DNA of 64,000 nucleotides, from the NCBI GenBank assembly GCA_963785075.1, contig CAWATW010000003.1, positions 70,256-134,255 of the forward strand, in the 5' to 3' direction. Shown one piece after another: positions 40,234 through 49,228 of the stretch (position 1 is its first letter; every line of letters begins with the position of its first letter). The notes beneath the pieces were generated by a model, which saw only the letters and a program-made list of their open reading frames with translations, searched no databases and was not told the DNA's origin. A program made the translations under genes and the position numbers. Source of the DNA: an uncultured bacterium (GTDB lineage: Bacteria > Actinomycetota > Acidimicrobiia > Spongiisociales > ZC4RG35).

Positions 40234-40320
40234 CCCCGGGCTTGGCCCGGGCGTCTCCAGTCTCCGGTCTCCGGTCTCCGGTCTCCGGCACGTTCTACGT
40301 ATGACGTACTACGTAGAGCG
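40234..40320 (+). repeat. Composite intergenic element: hairpin CCCCGGGCTTGGCCCGGG (terminator-like), five tandem heptamers GTCTCCA/GTCTCCG x4 (40253-40287), then palindrome TCTACGTA-N8-TACGTAGA (40294-40317) containing ACGTTCTACGTA
   Basis: Read directly from the sequence immediately after the argH stop. Confidence 0.55.
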
Positions 40321-40329
40321 TCGGAGAGG

Positions 40330-41268
40330 TCAGAGGAACACGAGCAGGAGCGGGTAGCTGACCAGGAGAATCACTCCGTCTCGTCTCGACAGGTTGTCCT
40401 CCCCCCAGTAGGCGAGGATGCCGGTCAGCACGGTGATCCCCACCATGACCGTCACCGGTCCTCGGAAGCTCTCGTTGAGGGGTCCGCCGCCGATGACGCC
40501 GGCTACTGCTCCCACTCCGAGAGCGTTGAAGAGGTTGGAGCCGAGGAGGTTCCCGACCACCAGGTCGTTCTCGTTGCGGCGGGCGGCCGCGACCGCCGTG
40601 GCCAGCTCCGGGAGCGATGTGCCGATCGCCACAAGGGTCAGCCCGATGAGTGCTTCCGACACCCCGAGCTCGCGGGCCACGGCCTCGGCACCCACGACGA
40701 GCAGCCGGGCCCCGAGCAGGGTCAGTCCGAGCGATGCCAGTCCGAAGAGACCTTCGACTGCGGGCTTGATCTCCACGTCCCCGACGAGATCGTCCACGCC
40801 TGGATCCCTGACGGCGTCCTGGCGCCCCCAGAAAACCATGAGACCCAGCGCCGCCATGAGGCCGGTGCCCAGGATGATGCCCTCCACCGAACCCAGCGCG
40901 TTGTTCCAGGCGAAGACCGCGAGAACCAGGGAGCCGAGCAGGACCAGAACCCCCTCACGCCTGAGGATGAGGCGCGGTTTGTGGATGGGTGACAGCAACA
41001 CGCTCACTCCGAGCACCAGACTGAGATTGGCCACGTTGGAACCGACGATGTTCCCGAGCGCGAGGTCGAGCCCGCCCGGCCGGGCAGCCGCGAGCCCCGA
41101 TACCAGCATCTCGGGGAGCGAGGTGCCGAGGCCGACGACCACCGCTCCGATCAGGATCGCGCTCAACCCCAACGCCTTTCCCAGACGTGCAGCGGCGACA
41201 ACCAGGCGATCGGCGGCGATCGTGAGCAAGATCAGGCCACCGGCAACACTCAAGAGATCGACAAACAC
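40330..41268 (-). CDS. Ca2+/Na+ antiporter (CaCA family, YrbG-like)
   Basis: Two alpha-repeat motifs (GTSLPEL and GNLLGSN) in a 10-TM protein. Confidence 0.8.
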   Translation of the reverse strand: MFVDLLSVAGGLILLTIAADRLVVAAARLGKALGLSAILIGAVVVGLGTSLPEMLVSGLAAARPGGLDLALGNIVGSNVANLSLVLGVSVLLSPIHKPRLILRREGVLVLLGSLVLAVFAWNNALGSVEGIILGTGLMAALGLMVFWGRQDAVRDPGVDDLVGDVEIKPAVEGLFGLASLGLTLLGARLLVVGAEAVARELGVSEALIGLTLVAIGTSLPELATAVAAARRNENDLVVGNLLGSNLFNALGVGAVAGVIGGGPLNESFRGPVTVMVGITVLTGILAYWGEDNLSRRDGVILLVSYPLLLVFL

Positions 41269-41335
41269 CGCAGCGACGGTACAGCATCGTGAGCGGGACG
41301 ATCACACCGGTCTCCTGGCCAGGTACCGTCAGGGC

Positions 41336-42217
41336 ATGGCACTGTTCCGCTCCGACCCGTGGCCGACGAAACGGCATGCCGAGGTGCTCGGAGCCCGCAT
41401 CTCGTACACCGAGGCAGGATCGGGTCGTCCGGTCGTGTTTCTGCATGGCAACCCGACCTCGTCGATGCTCTGGCGCAAGGTGCTTCCGGAGGTCGCCCGC
41501 AAGGCGCGGTGTATCGCACCGGATCTGATCGGAATGGGCGACTCGTCGAAGGTCGGGAGCGGCGGCCGGTCGTACCGGTTCCTCGACATGCGGACCTACC
41601 TGGACGCCCTCTTCGAGATCCTGGGTCTCGACCGTGGTGCGGTCTTGGTCGGGCACGAGTGGGGTGGCGCCCTCATGTTCGACTGGGCCCAGCGGAACCG
41701 GGCTGCGGTCGCCGGTCTCGTGTACATGGAGACGATCGTCACACCACTGGAGTGGGACGATCTTCCAGCAGGGGCGGCGGTCGTCTATGAGGGTCTTCGG
41801 TCTTCGTCCGGCGAGAGCCTGGCTCTCGCCCGGAACATACTCGTGGAGCGGATGCTGCCGATCGGTGTCCTGGAGCCGCTGTCCGACGAGGTCATGAAGG
41901 AATACCGCCGGCCGTTCGCGATGGTCGGCGAGGACCGCCGACCCACTTTGACGCTTGCTCGCGAGCTGCCCATCGGGGGCGAGCCCAGCGCCGTTGTCGA
42001 TGTCGTTCGACGATACGAGACGTGGCTGGAGGCGTCGCCGGTGAAGAAGCTCTTCGTGAACGCCGATCCAGGCTTTCTGCTGGTCGGAAGGCCCCGCGAG
42101 CGCTGTCGACGTTGGCCCGAGCAGACCGAGGTGACCGTGCCGGGCATTCACTTCCTACCAGAGGACTCCGGGGTGCAGATCGGGAAAGCCATCGCCGATT
42201 GGCTCGAGACCCTGTGA
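41336..42217 (+). CDS. Haloalkane dehalogenase (alpha/beta hydrolase)
   Basis: HLD motif VVFLHGNPTSSMLW, nucleophile elbow GHEWGG and halide-stabilising W. The N-terminal 300 aa of the track ORF 40418.. is antisense to the antiporter and rejected. Confidence 0.8.
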   Translation: MALFRSDPWPTKRHAEVLGARISYTEAGSGRPVVFLHGNPTSSMLWRKVLPEVARKARCIAPDLIGMGDSSKVGSGGRSYRFLDMRTYLDALFEILGLDRGAVLVGHEWGGALMFDWAQRNRAAVAGLVYMETIVTPLEWDDLPAGAAVVYEGLRSSSGESLALARNILVERMLPIGVLEPLSDEVMKEYRRPFAMVGEDRRPTLTLARELPIGGEPSAVVDVVRRYETWLEASPVKKLFVNADPGFLLVGRPRERCRRWPEQTEVTVPGIHFLPEDSGVQIGKAIADWLETL

Positions 42218-42224
42218 CATCCCG

Positions 42225-43148
42225 ATGTTCTTCATTGCGTTCACGGGTCTGATTGCGGTTGCCCTCACCGTGGGGGCGTTCTTCGGCGCGTTCTGGTGGC
42301 CACTCGACCTCGTGGCCAACTTCCGTCCCCAGCTCGGCGGGCTGACGCTCCTCGCCGGCGTGTGGCTGCTGGCGGCGAAATGGCCGCGTACCGGCCGGAT
42401 CGTTCTGCTGGCTGCCGCGGTGAATCTCGGACTGTTGGCATGGCTCTGGGTGCCGACCGGCGGCGACCCGCCGGCCGATGCCGAGGCGCTTCGAATCGTC
42501 ACCTTCAATGTCCTCGCGGCGAACGAGAACTACGACCTCGTGGTCGCATACCTTCGAGAGCTGGACGCAGACGTAGTGTTCCTCCATGAGTCGAGCCGCC
42601 CCTGGGAGGACGCGATCATCGAGTCCGACCTTGGATACCGCGTCGAGAGGACCCGAGACGACGACCACATCTTCGGCACCCTCGTCCTGGTGCGAGGTGC
42701 CGCCGAGATCCAGGGGTACGGCTTCACCGAGCGCGAGCCGAGAAGCGTTGAAGTGCACCTGACCACATACGGGGGCCGGCACGTTTCGTTGCTCGCAGTT
42801 CACCCGCTCGCACCTGTCACGGAGCGAGCAGCCGGTCTTCGGGACGCCCAACTCAAGTTCGCCGGCGATTGGGTCCGTCGACAGACCGGGCCAACCGTGG
42901 TGACGGGAGACTTCAATGCCGGGCCATGGTCACACGCATTCCGGCGTCTGCTCGACGAGGGCTCCCTCCGCGACTCTCAACGCGGGTTCGGATTCCTGCC
43001 CACATTCCCGGCGTCTTCGAACCTCGTGTTCCGCATCGCCATCGATCACCTGCTTGTTTCCGACGGCGTGTGGGTGGTCGACAGGGCCCTGGGGCCCCAA
43101 CTCGGATCCGACCATTTCCCGCTGATCGTGGATCTGGTCATCGGGTGA
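42225..43148 (+). CDS. Endonuclease/exonuclease/phosphatase (EEP) family membrane protein
   Basis: N-terminal TM segments plus a C-terminal EEP domain (TGDFNAGPWS...GSDHFPLIVDL). Confidence 0.7.
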   Translation: MFFIAFTGLIAVALTVGAFFGAFWWPLDLVANFRPQLGGLTLLAGVWLLAAKWPRTGRIVLLAAAVNLGLLAWLWVPTGGDPPADAEALRIVTFNVLAANENYDLVVAYLRELDADVVFLHESSRPWEDAIIESDLGYRVERTRDDDHIFGTLVLVRGAAEIQGYGFTEREPRSVEVHLTTYGGRHVSLLAVHPLAPVTERAAGLRDAQLKFAGDWVRRQTGPTVVTGDFNAGPWSHAFRRLLDEGSLRDSQRGFGFLPTFPASSNLVFRIAIDHLLVSDGVWVVDRALGPQLGSDHFPLIVDLVIG

Positions 43149-43163
43149 GATAGCCTTTCGCGT

Positions 43164-44615
43164 ATGACAGACAGATTCAGAGAGCATCGCGACAGACTCT
43201 CAGCCCTGATCGGCTCGGGCGGCATCGCCGTTGTCCCCGCCGCCACCGAAGCCGTTCGCAACCACGACGTCCACCACGCTTTCCGCCAGGACTCAGACTT
43301 CGTCTACCTCACCGGGTTCCATGAGCCCGACGCAGTGGCCGTCATCGCGCCCGGACATCCTGACGGTGACTTCCAGTTGTTCGTGCGCCCGCGCGACCGG
43401 GAGATGGAGATATGGAACGGCTACCGGGTCGGGGTGGAAGGAGCCAAGGCGGCCTTCGGCGCCGACACCGCGTATGAGCTCTCGGAGATCGACGCAGTGC
43501 TTCCCCGTGTCATGCTCGGACGCGACACGTTGTTCTACAGGCTCGGAAATGCCGCTCACGACGACCGGATCACACGACTGCTCGGGACTGCACGGTCGTA
43601 CCGAGAGCGGTTCGGGCAGCAAGCGCCGGTCAAAGTGCACGATGTCGGAGCACTGCTGGCCGAGCTGCGACTGATCAAGAATCCACCCGAGATCGAGAGC
43701 TTGGCAGCGGCTTGTGAGCTCAGCGCAGAAGGCCACCGCGAGGCGATGCGATTCGCCCTCCCCGGCATGTACGAATACCAGATCCAGGCGGCGATGGAGT
43801 TCGTTTGGCGGGAAGGGGGCTCAACGGCGAACGGGTACCCTTCGATCGTGGCCTCGGGACCGAACGCGGTGGTGCTGCACTACACCGAGAACGATCGCCA
43901 AACCGAAGACGGAGACCTGGTCCTGATCGACGCCGGATGTGAGATCGACTGGTACTCCGCAGACATCACTCGGACGTTCCCGATCAACGGAACGTTCAGC
44001 GCACCGCAGCGCGCCGTCTACGAGGCCGTGCTCGACGCCCACCATCAGGCGATCCGCTTGATCGAGCCCGGACATACCATCCGGACGACACACGACCTCG
44101 CCCGTCGTGTTCTGACCGAGCACATGGCAGAACTGGGACTGTTCCCGGTGGGAGTCGACGACGCATTGGAGATGCACCTCTACCGAGAGTTCTTCATGCA
44201 CGGCACCAGTCACTGGCTGGGCCTCGACGTTCACGACGCCGGCTCGTATCGGAGCTCTGGCGCACACCGCAAGCTGGAGGCCGGCATGTGCTTCACGGTC
44301 GAACCCGGCATCTACATCGGAGCCGATCGCCCTCAGGTCGAGTTCACGTTGCTCGCGCACGACATCGACGCGTGGACCGAACGCCGCGTTGTCCAAGGAT
44401 CGGCTGCGGCCAAAGCGGCCGAGGAAGCCGAGCGGGCCGAAGCAGAGAAGGTCACGCACGAGATCCCCGGCGAGCTCCTGGGGATAGGAGTGCGCATCGA
44501 AGATGACATTCTCGTGACCGTCGACGGACATGAGAACCTCACGAGCCTCGTGCCGTCCGACCCGAACAAGATCGAACACCTCTGCGCAGAAGAGAGCTGG
44601 CTCCACCGAGGCTGA
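43164..44615 (+). CDS. pepP: Xaa-Pro aminopeptidase (M24B)
   Basis: AMP_N N-terminal domain and M24 metal ligands (DAGCEIDWYSADITRT, HGTSHWLGLDVHD, E...E). Confidence 0.85.
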   Translation: MTDRFREHRDRLSALIGSGGIAVVPAATEAVRNHDVHHAFRQDSDFVYLTGFHEPDAVAVIAPGHPDGDFQLFVRPRDREMEIWNGYRVGVEGAKAAFGADTAYELSEIDAVLPRVMLGRDTLFYRLGNAAHDDRITRLLGTARSYRERFGQQAPVKVHDVGALLAELRLIKNPPEIESLAAACELSAEGHREAMRFALPGMYEYQIQAAMEFVWREGGSTANGYPSIVASGPNAVVLHYTENDRQTEDGDLVLIDAGCEIDWYSADITRTFPINGTFSAPQRAVYEAVLDAHHQAIRLIEPGHTIRTTHDLARRVLTEHMAELGLFPVGVDDALEMHLYREFFMHGTSHWLGLDVHDAGSYRSSGAHRKLEAGMCFTVEPGIYIGADRPQVEFTLLAHDIDAWTERRVVQGSAAAKAAEEAERAEAEKVTHEIPGELLGIGVRIEDDILVTVDGHENLTSLVPSDPNKIEHLCAEESWLHRG

Positions 44616-44637
44616 GACCTGCCAGGTCTTGCGCCCT

Positions 44638-44705
44638 GGCGTCTCCAGTCCCCAGTCTCCAGTTCTACGTACTGCGTCGTCGGCTGTCGGCTGTCTGCTG
44701 TGGGC
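44638..44705 (+). repeat. Heptamer/TACGTA element: GGCGTCTCCAGTCCCCAGTCTCCAG-TTCTACGTA-CTGCGTCGTCGGCTGTCGGCTGTCTGCTG
   Basis: Same GTCTCCR heptamers and TTCTACGTA core as at 40253-40301, followed by GGCTGTC repeats. Lies downstream of pepP. Confidence 0.5.
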
Positions 44706-44782
44706 CCGGTGGTGGGCGCTCCGGGTGAGGATGCGGGTGGGCCGGGTTGCGTGGCCGACGGCCGACGGCAAACGGCCCACGA

Positions 44783-44836
44783 CGTTCTACGTCTTCCGTT
44801 CTACGTACGGGAAGGCCGCCCCGTAGGGCGGCCTTC
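44783..44836. terminator. Two more ACGTTCTACGT(A/C) cores (44783-44794, 44797-44807) followed by a perfect bidirectional terminator hairpin GAAGGCCGCCC-CGTA-GGGCGGCCTTC (44811-44836) between the convergent pepP and coiled-coil genes
   Basis: Read directly from the sequence. Confidence 0.6.
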
Positions 44837-44865
44837 ACCTTTGGCTCGGCTTGCAATGAGCCCTC

Positions 44866-47800
44866 TCAGTCGGTTCCCCACAGCTTGCGCAGCTTGGACA
44901 CGGCGTCCATGACAGCGTCCACATCAGGGGTGTTGGTTTCGCTGTCGGGCGACTTGGCTCTCTTGCTTTCAGCGCCTTCGACCACTGTCTTGTGGCCATC
45001 GTCCGAGCGCCGTCCGAAGATCGTCCCGGTCTCCCCGTCGGCGTCGACCGTCGGCTCGCCGGCCGGCTCCGCCGGGGCGCTCGTGTCGACGTCCGGCGCA
45101 GGACTCTCGAGCCTGTTCTGGAGGCCGTCGAGGGTCGCCTTCAGCTGGGCGAGGTCGGAGCTCACCTTCGGCTCGCTGGATCCGAGCATGCCGCTCTCCC
45201 AGCCGGTCTCCGTACCGGCGGCGTTCCATGCCGAAGTGTGGTCGTCGGACGCAGCGGGCTGTTCGGGAGCCTCCGCCTCGAACGCGTACCCGGGATCGAG
45301 ATCCCCGGCCCCTTCGGGCTCTGGCGTCGGCTCGACCACCTCGGGTCGGGGGTGCGGCTCGTCGACCAGCCGTAGACCCGGCCGCTCATCGAGCGCCGCT
45401 TTGTGGACGGCCAATTCTGCGCGGTCGGCCTCGAGGGCCAGTCGGTCCTGTTCGATCCGTGACTGGGCGGACGCCACCGCGGCCTTCTCGGCGTCCAGAG
45501 CGGTGAGATCCCGTTCGAGCTCGGCGCGCCGGGCGGCGACCTGGGCCATGGCCCGCTCGGCGTCGATCCGAGCCGCCTCGGCCTCGCGGGCCGCTTGTGC
45601 CGATTCGTCGGGTTGCGGGTACTCGTTGATCGACGTTGCTCCCAGTGTCACCTGGTCACCGGCACCCTCGACGATCTGACGGGCCTCTGACCAGGCTCGC
45701 TCGAGAATGGCGTCGGCTTCGCTCCGAGCCTTGTCGAGCATGTCGGCCGTGGCTTCCTGGGCCTTGCGGCGCTCGTTCTCGATCTGGCTGCGCTGACCTG
45801 CGATCTTCGTACGGGCGTGGTCGACCTCCGTACGGGCGTTCTCCAGCGTGGTCCGCTCCTTGTCGAGCTGGGCACGGAGCGACTCGAGCTGTGCCCTCCA
45901 ACGCTCCAGGCTGGAGCGTTCGTCGGCGACGTCGCGGCGGCGCTCGGCGAGAGCGGCTTGCTCTTCGGCGACATGACGGCGCGACTCCTCGAGCATTTCC
46001 GACGCTTCGCCCTGAGCGGTTGCCAGGAGCTCCTCCGCAGCTTTCCGCGCCGCCTCGGCCTGCGCAGAGAGTGCTTCGGCCTCGCGGCGTTCGGCGTCGG
46101 CGGCAGCGCGGTCCGCTTCGATCTCGGTCTTGATCGTGGCCAGGCGCTCCGTCTGTTCCTTGGAGCTCTTCGCTGTCGCTTCGGCCTGGCTGCGAGCATC
46201 GGTCACAAGCCGCTCCGCTTCCGACCGAGCTGCATCCAACACGCCGGCTGCGTCGGCACGGTCGGCCTTGGCTGCGCGACGGTCGGATTCCGCTTCCTCG
46301 AGCAGTCGCCGCGCATCGGCACGGACCATCTCGGCGTCTGCGGTCGCAGACGCGGTCGTCTCTGCTGCAGCCTCGCCGGCCTGGCGGCGCACCTGCACTG
46401 CCTGGCTGCGAGCGTCCTCGAGCGTCTTGTCTGCCTCGTTGACGGTGAGCTCGGCCCGCTTCTCCGCTTCGGCCAGGATTCCCGCCGCTTGGGCTTCGGC
46501 GTCGGCCATGCGCTCGGCGAAGCGCGTGTCCATCTTCGCCCGGGCGTCGGCCCACTCGCGGTCGATGTTCCCGCGGACCGCGGTGGCCTCTTCCTCGGCT
46601 GCCCGGACGATCTCTCGGCCCTTGTCCTCGGCGGCTGCGAGCGCGAGATTGGCCTGAGCCTCCAGCTCCGATGCGCGATCCCGAGCTGTTTCGAGGGCGG
46701 ATGCCGCCTCTGCATTGGCTTCTTCGGTGGCGGCCTTGAGCACGGCCAGCGCCTGCTCCGCCTCGACGACTGCGGCGGTGCGTGCAGCATGCTCCTGATT
46801 GTGCCGCTCGACCTCGTCGGCCAGATCGGCGCGGATGTGCTCGGCTCGTTCCTCGGCGGCAGCCACGATGCCGCCCGCCTTGGACTCGGCCTCCACCAGC
46901 GCGGCATTGGCGAGCTCTTCGGCGCGACGGGCCTTGGCCAGCCGCTCGTTGGCGTCCACGAGTGCCTTGTCGGCTTTTCCGGCGGCGGCGGCGGCTTCCT
47001 TCTCTGCGCGTTCGCGAATGGCGGCTGCCTCCGACGCCGCAGCTCCCTTGATCTCGGTTGCCTGCTGGTCGGCTGTCGACCTGATGTCGGCGGCTTCCTT
47101 TTCGGAGTCCCGGAGCAGAGCACCGGCCTCGTTGCGAGCTTCGGTCAGGGCCTGAGTCGCTTCGGCCTTGGCGGACTCGGCCTCCTGTCGGAGCTTGTCG
47201 GTCTCGGCGCGGAGCGCTCCGACTTCCTTTTCGGCCTGACGGCGGACCTTGGCGGCCTCGTCCACGGCGATCGACTTCATGCGACCTGCAGCCGTCTCGG
47301 CCTCGGACCGGACCCTGGACGAGTAGGCCTCCGCAGCCTTGGAGAGTTGTTCGCTGCGGGCCTCGGATTCCGAGACCACGGCGACCGCCTGCTCGCGTGC
47401 GGTCTGTTCGGCGATCTTGGCGACACGATGCAGCTCTGCGGCCTGGGCGCGCTCGTCAGCGGCTTCCTGGCGAGCCTTTGCAAGCTCACCTCGGGCGGTA
47501 GCCAGCATCGTGGCGGCTTCCGCGCGAGACCGGGCAGCGTCGTTGGCGGTGTCGGCGGCCCTCGCCTCGGCAGAGGCGAGAATCGAATCGGCCTTGGCCT
47601 CGGCAGCCGTCACGATCGCCGTCGACAGCTCGTCGAGTGCTTCGGTTCCGTTGCGGACCGACTCGGTCTTGCGCCGCTCGGCCTCCGCCATCAACTCACC
47701 GGCACGCTGCTCGGCCCGGGCGACGATGGCGGCGGCCTCCGCTCGGGCGAGGGCGAGCTCGTGGCCGGCATCTCCGTCGGTTTCGGTGTGGAAGTCGACT

Positions 47801-48363
47801 CCAGAACCTGCCTCTGCCTCGGCGACGATCCGGCGCGCCTTCTCTCGCGCCTCGTCTTCGATCCGGCGGGCACGGTCCCGTGCCCTGTCGAGAATCCGGT
47901 CCTTCGACTCGAGAACCGCGGCGATTCCCGGGTCGCTTTCCGCAGCCTCCTTGGCGGCGGCCACCGCCAGTGCCTCGCGTTCGGCGACGATCGACTTCCG
48001 CTCGGCGGCGAGCTCATCTCGCTCGGCGGTCATGCGGTCCCGCTCGGAGTCGGCGGCTTCGTCGGCCTGCCCGAGCTGGGTGCGGAGGGCGGCGAGGTCG
48101 GCGCGGAGAGTGTCCATCTCTGATCGGAGTGAACCGTTCTCGAGTTCGAGGCGCGATCGGTGGCGTTCGAGCGCGTCGATCCGGCTGGTGTCCTCGACCG
48201 TGGCGATTCGATGCTCGAGGTCGGAGTTGGCCGACTCTAGGTTGCGGATGGTTTCTTTCACCTGGTCGACGAACGACTGGACCTCGTCTTTGTCGTATCC
48301 GCGACGCGCCGTCGAGAAGGTGATGTCGTCCGAAGACGAGAAGGGCGTTGCTGGCATAGTCAC
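44866..48363 (-). CDS. Giant DivIVA-domain coiled-coil protein (1165 aa; Ala/Glu/Arg-rich repeats), putative cytoskeletal or polar scaffold
   Basis: N-terminal DivIVA domain (FSTARRGYDKDEVQSFVDQVKETIRNLE) followed by ~1000 aa of low-complexity A/E/R/K coiled-coil repeats and an acidic/Pro-rich tail. The antisense 768-aa ORF is rejected. Confidence 0.75.
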   Translation of the reverse strand: MTMPATPFSSSDDITFSTARRGYDKDEVQSFVDQVKETIRNLESANSDLEHRIATVEDTSRIDALERHRSRLELENGSLRSEMDTLRADLAALRTQLGQADEAADSERDRMTAERDELAAERKSIVAEREALAVAAAKEAAESDPGIAAVLESKDRILDRARDRARRIEDEAREKARRIVAEAEAGSGVDFHTETDGDAGHELALARAEAAAIVARAEQRAGELMAEAERRKTESVRNGTEALDELSTAIVTAAEAKADSILASAEARAADTANDAARSRAEAATMLATARGELAKARQEAADERAQAAELHRVAKIAEQTAREQAVAVVSESEARSEQLSKAAEAYSSRVRSEAETAAGRMKSIAVDEAAKVRRQAEKEVGALRAETDKLRQEAESAKAEATQALTEARNEAGALLRDSEKEAADIRSTADQQATEIKGAAASEAAAIRERAEKEAAAAAGKADKALVDANERLAKARRAEELANAALVEAESKAGGIVAAAEERAEHIRADLADEVERHNQEHAARTAAVVEAEQALAVLKAATEEANAEAASALETARDRASELEAQANLALAAAEDKGREIVRAAEEEATAVRGNIDREWADARAKMDTRFAERMADAEAQAAGILAEAEKRAELTVNEADKTLEDARSQAVQVRRQAGEAAAETTASATADAEMVRADARRLLEEAESDRRAAKADRADAAGVLDAARSEAERLVTDARSQAEATAKSSKEQTERLATIKTEIEADRAAADAERREAEALSAQAEAARKAAEELLATAQGEASEMLEESRRHVAEEQAALAERRRDVADERSSLERWRAQLESLRAQLDKERTTLENARTEVDHARTKIAGQRSQIENERRKAQEATADMLDKARSEADAILERAWSEARQIVEGAGDQVTLGATSINEYPQPDESAQAAREAEAARIDAERAMAQVAARRAELERDLTALDAEKAAVASAQSRIEQDRLALEADRAELAVHKAALDERPGLRLVDEPHPRPEVVEPTPEPEGAGDLDPGYAFEAEAPEQPAASDDHTSAWNAAGTETGWESGMLGSSEPKVSSDLAQLKATLDGLQNRLESPAPDVDTSAPAEPAGEPTVDADGETGTIFGRRSDDGHKTVVEGAESKRAKSPDSETNTPDVDAVMDAVSKLRKLWGTD

Positions 48364-48449
48364 ATGCGTTGTGTCGGCCCGCGCGTGGGGTGCCTTGAGG
48401 ATTACGTCTCACGCTGCGCGTTCGGGAAGCACGCAGGGTTGCGACTCTC

Positions 48450-49112
48450 TCAGAGGGCGGCAGGCACCACGCGCGTGAGCACGGTGTAGAAGTGGACGCT
48501 GGACGCAGCCACCACCATCACGTGGAACAGCTCGTGGGCGGAGAACACCCTAGGAGAGAGCCGAGGGCGTTTGACGAGGAACATCACCATTCCGACCGTG
48601 TACAGAGCGCCGCCGACGGCGAGCAGCACGACGGTGTCGGCGCCCAGTCTGGTACCGATCTGCCACATCGGTACCAGCGCTGCCCAACCCATCAGACTCT
48701 GGATGGTGACCGAGATCTTCAGCCTGATCTGTTTCTCGACCAGCTTGATGACGATGCCCACGATGCCCGCCGTCCACAGGGCGGCGAGCGATGCCGTTCG
48801 CCAGACCCCTTCGAGGGAGACGACGGCAAACGGGGTGAAGGTCCCCGCCACGACGAGGAAGATGGCCGAGTGATCGATTCTCCGCATCCGACGCTTCCAG
48901 ACGTCGCTCCAGGGCATCGAGTGGTACAAGCTCGAGATCGTGAACATGAAGACGAGACTCCCTGCGTACACCGCGAGCGACAGGGTCAGTCCGAATCCGC
49001 CAGGGTTCACCGCGAGCAATGCGATGAGCCCGGCGACCGCAGCCACTGCGGCGGCTCCATGGAGAAACCCGCGAACGGGGTTCTGCATGCGGCCGAGTGT
49101 GATGCGATCCAT
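48450..49112 (-). CDS. Hemolysin III / PAQR family membrane protein
   Basis: 7 TM with conserved His motifs (SSLYHS, HELFHVMVVAAS). Confidence 0.8.
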   Translation of the reverse strand: MDRITLGRMQNPVRGFLHGAAAVAAVAGLIALLAVNPGGFGLTLSLAVYAGSLVFMFTISSLYHSMPWSDVWKRRMRRIDHSAIFLVVAGTFTPFAVVSLEGVWRTASLAALWTAGIVGIVIKLVEKQIRLKISVTIQSLMGWAALVPMWQIGTRLGADTVVLLAVGGALYTVGMVMFLVKRPRLSPRVFSAHELFHVMVVAASSVHFYTVLTRVVPAAL

Positions 49113-49228
49113 CGATCACAGGTTACGTGGAGTCGAGAACAAGCACAGGGCCTACGCCGCTTCGTCACCTCGGGTCGGAATCGGACGCCTGTGGAAGGGA
49201 CAAAAGGTGCCGGCGGTAGTCTGCGCGC

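Noticed and set aside
38714-40287. Heptamer tandem arrays considered as CRISPR
   Set aside because: Repeat unit is 7 bp with no spacers and no cas genes. These are simple tandem repeats, not CRISPR.
40418-41335. 5' 300 codons of the 599-aa plus-strand ORF and the 398-aa minus ORF 40955-42151
   Set aside because: They overlap the CaCA antiporter and the dehalogenase on opposite strands. Only the dehalogenase part (41336-42217) has recognisable motifs.
45817-48123. 768-aa plus-strand ORF
   Set aside because: Antisense to the DivIVA coiled-coil gene. The low-complexity repeat DNA yields long open frames on both strands.
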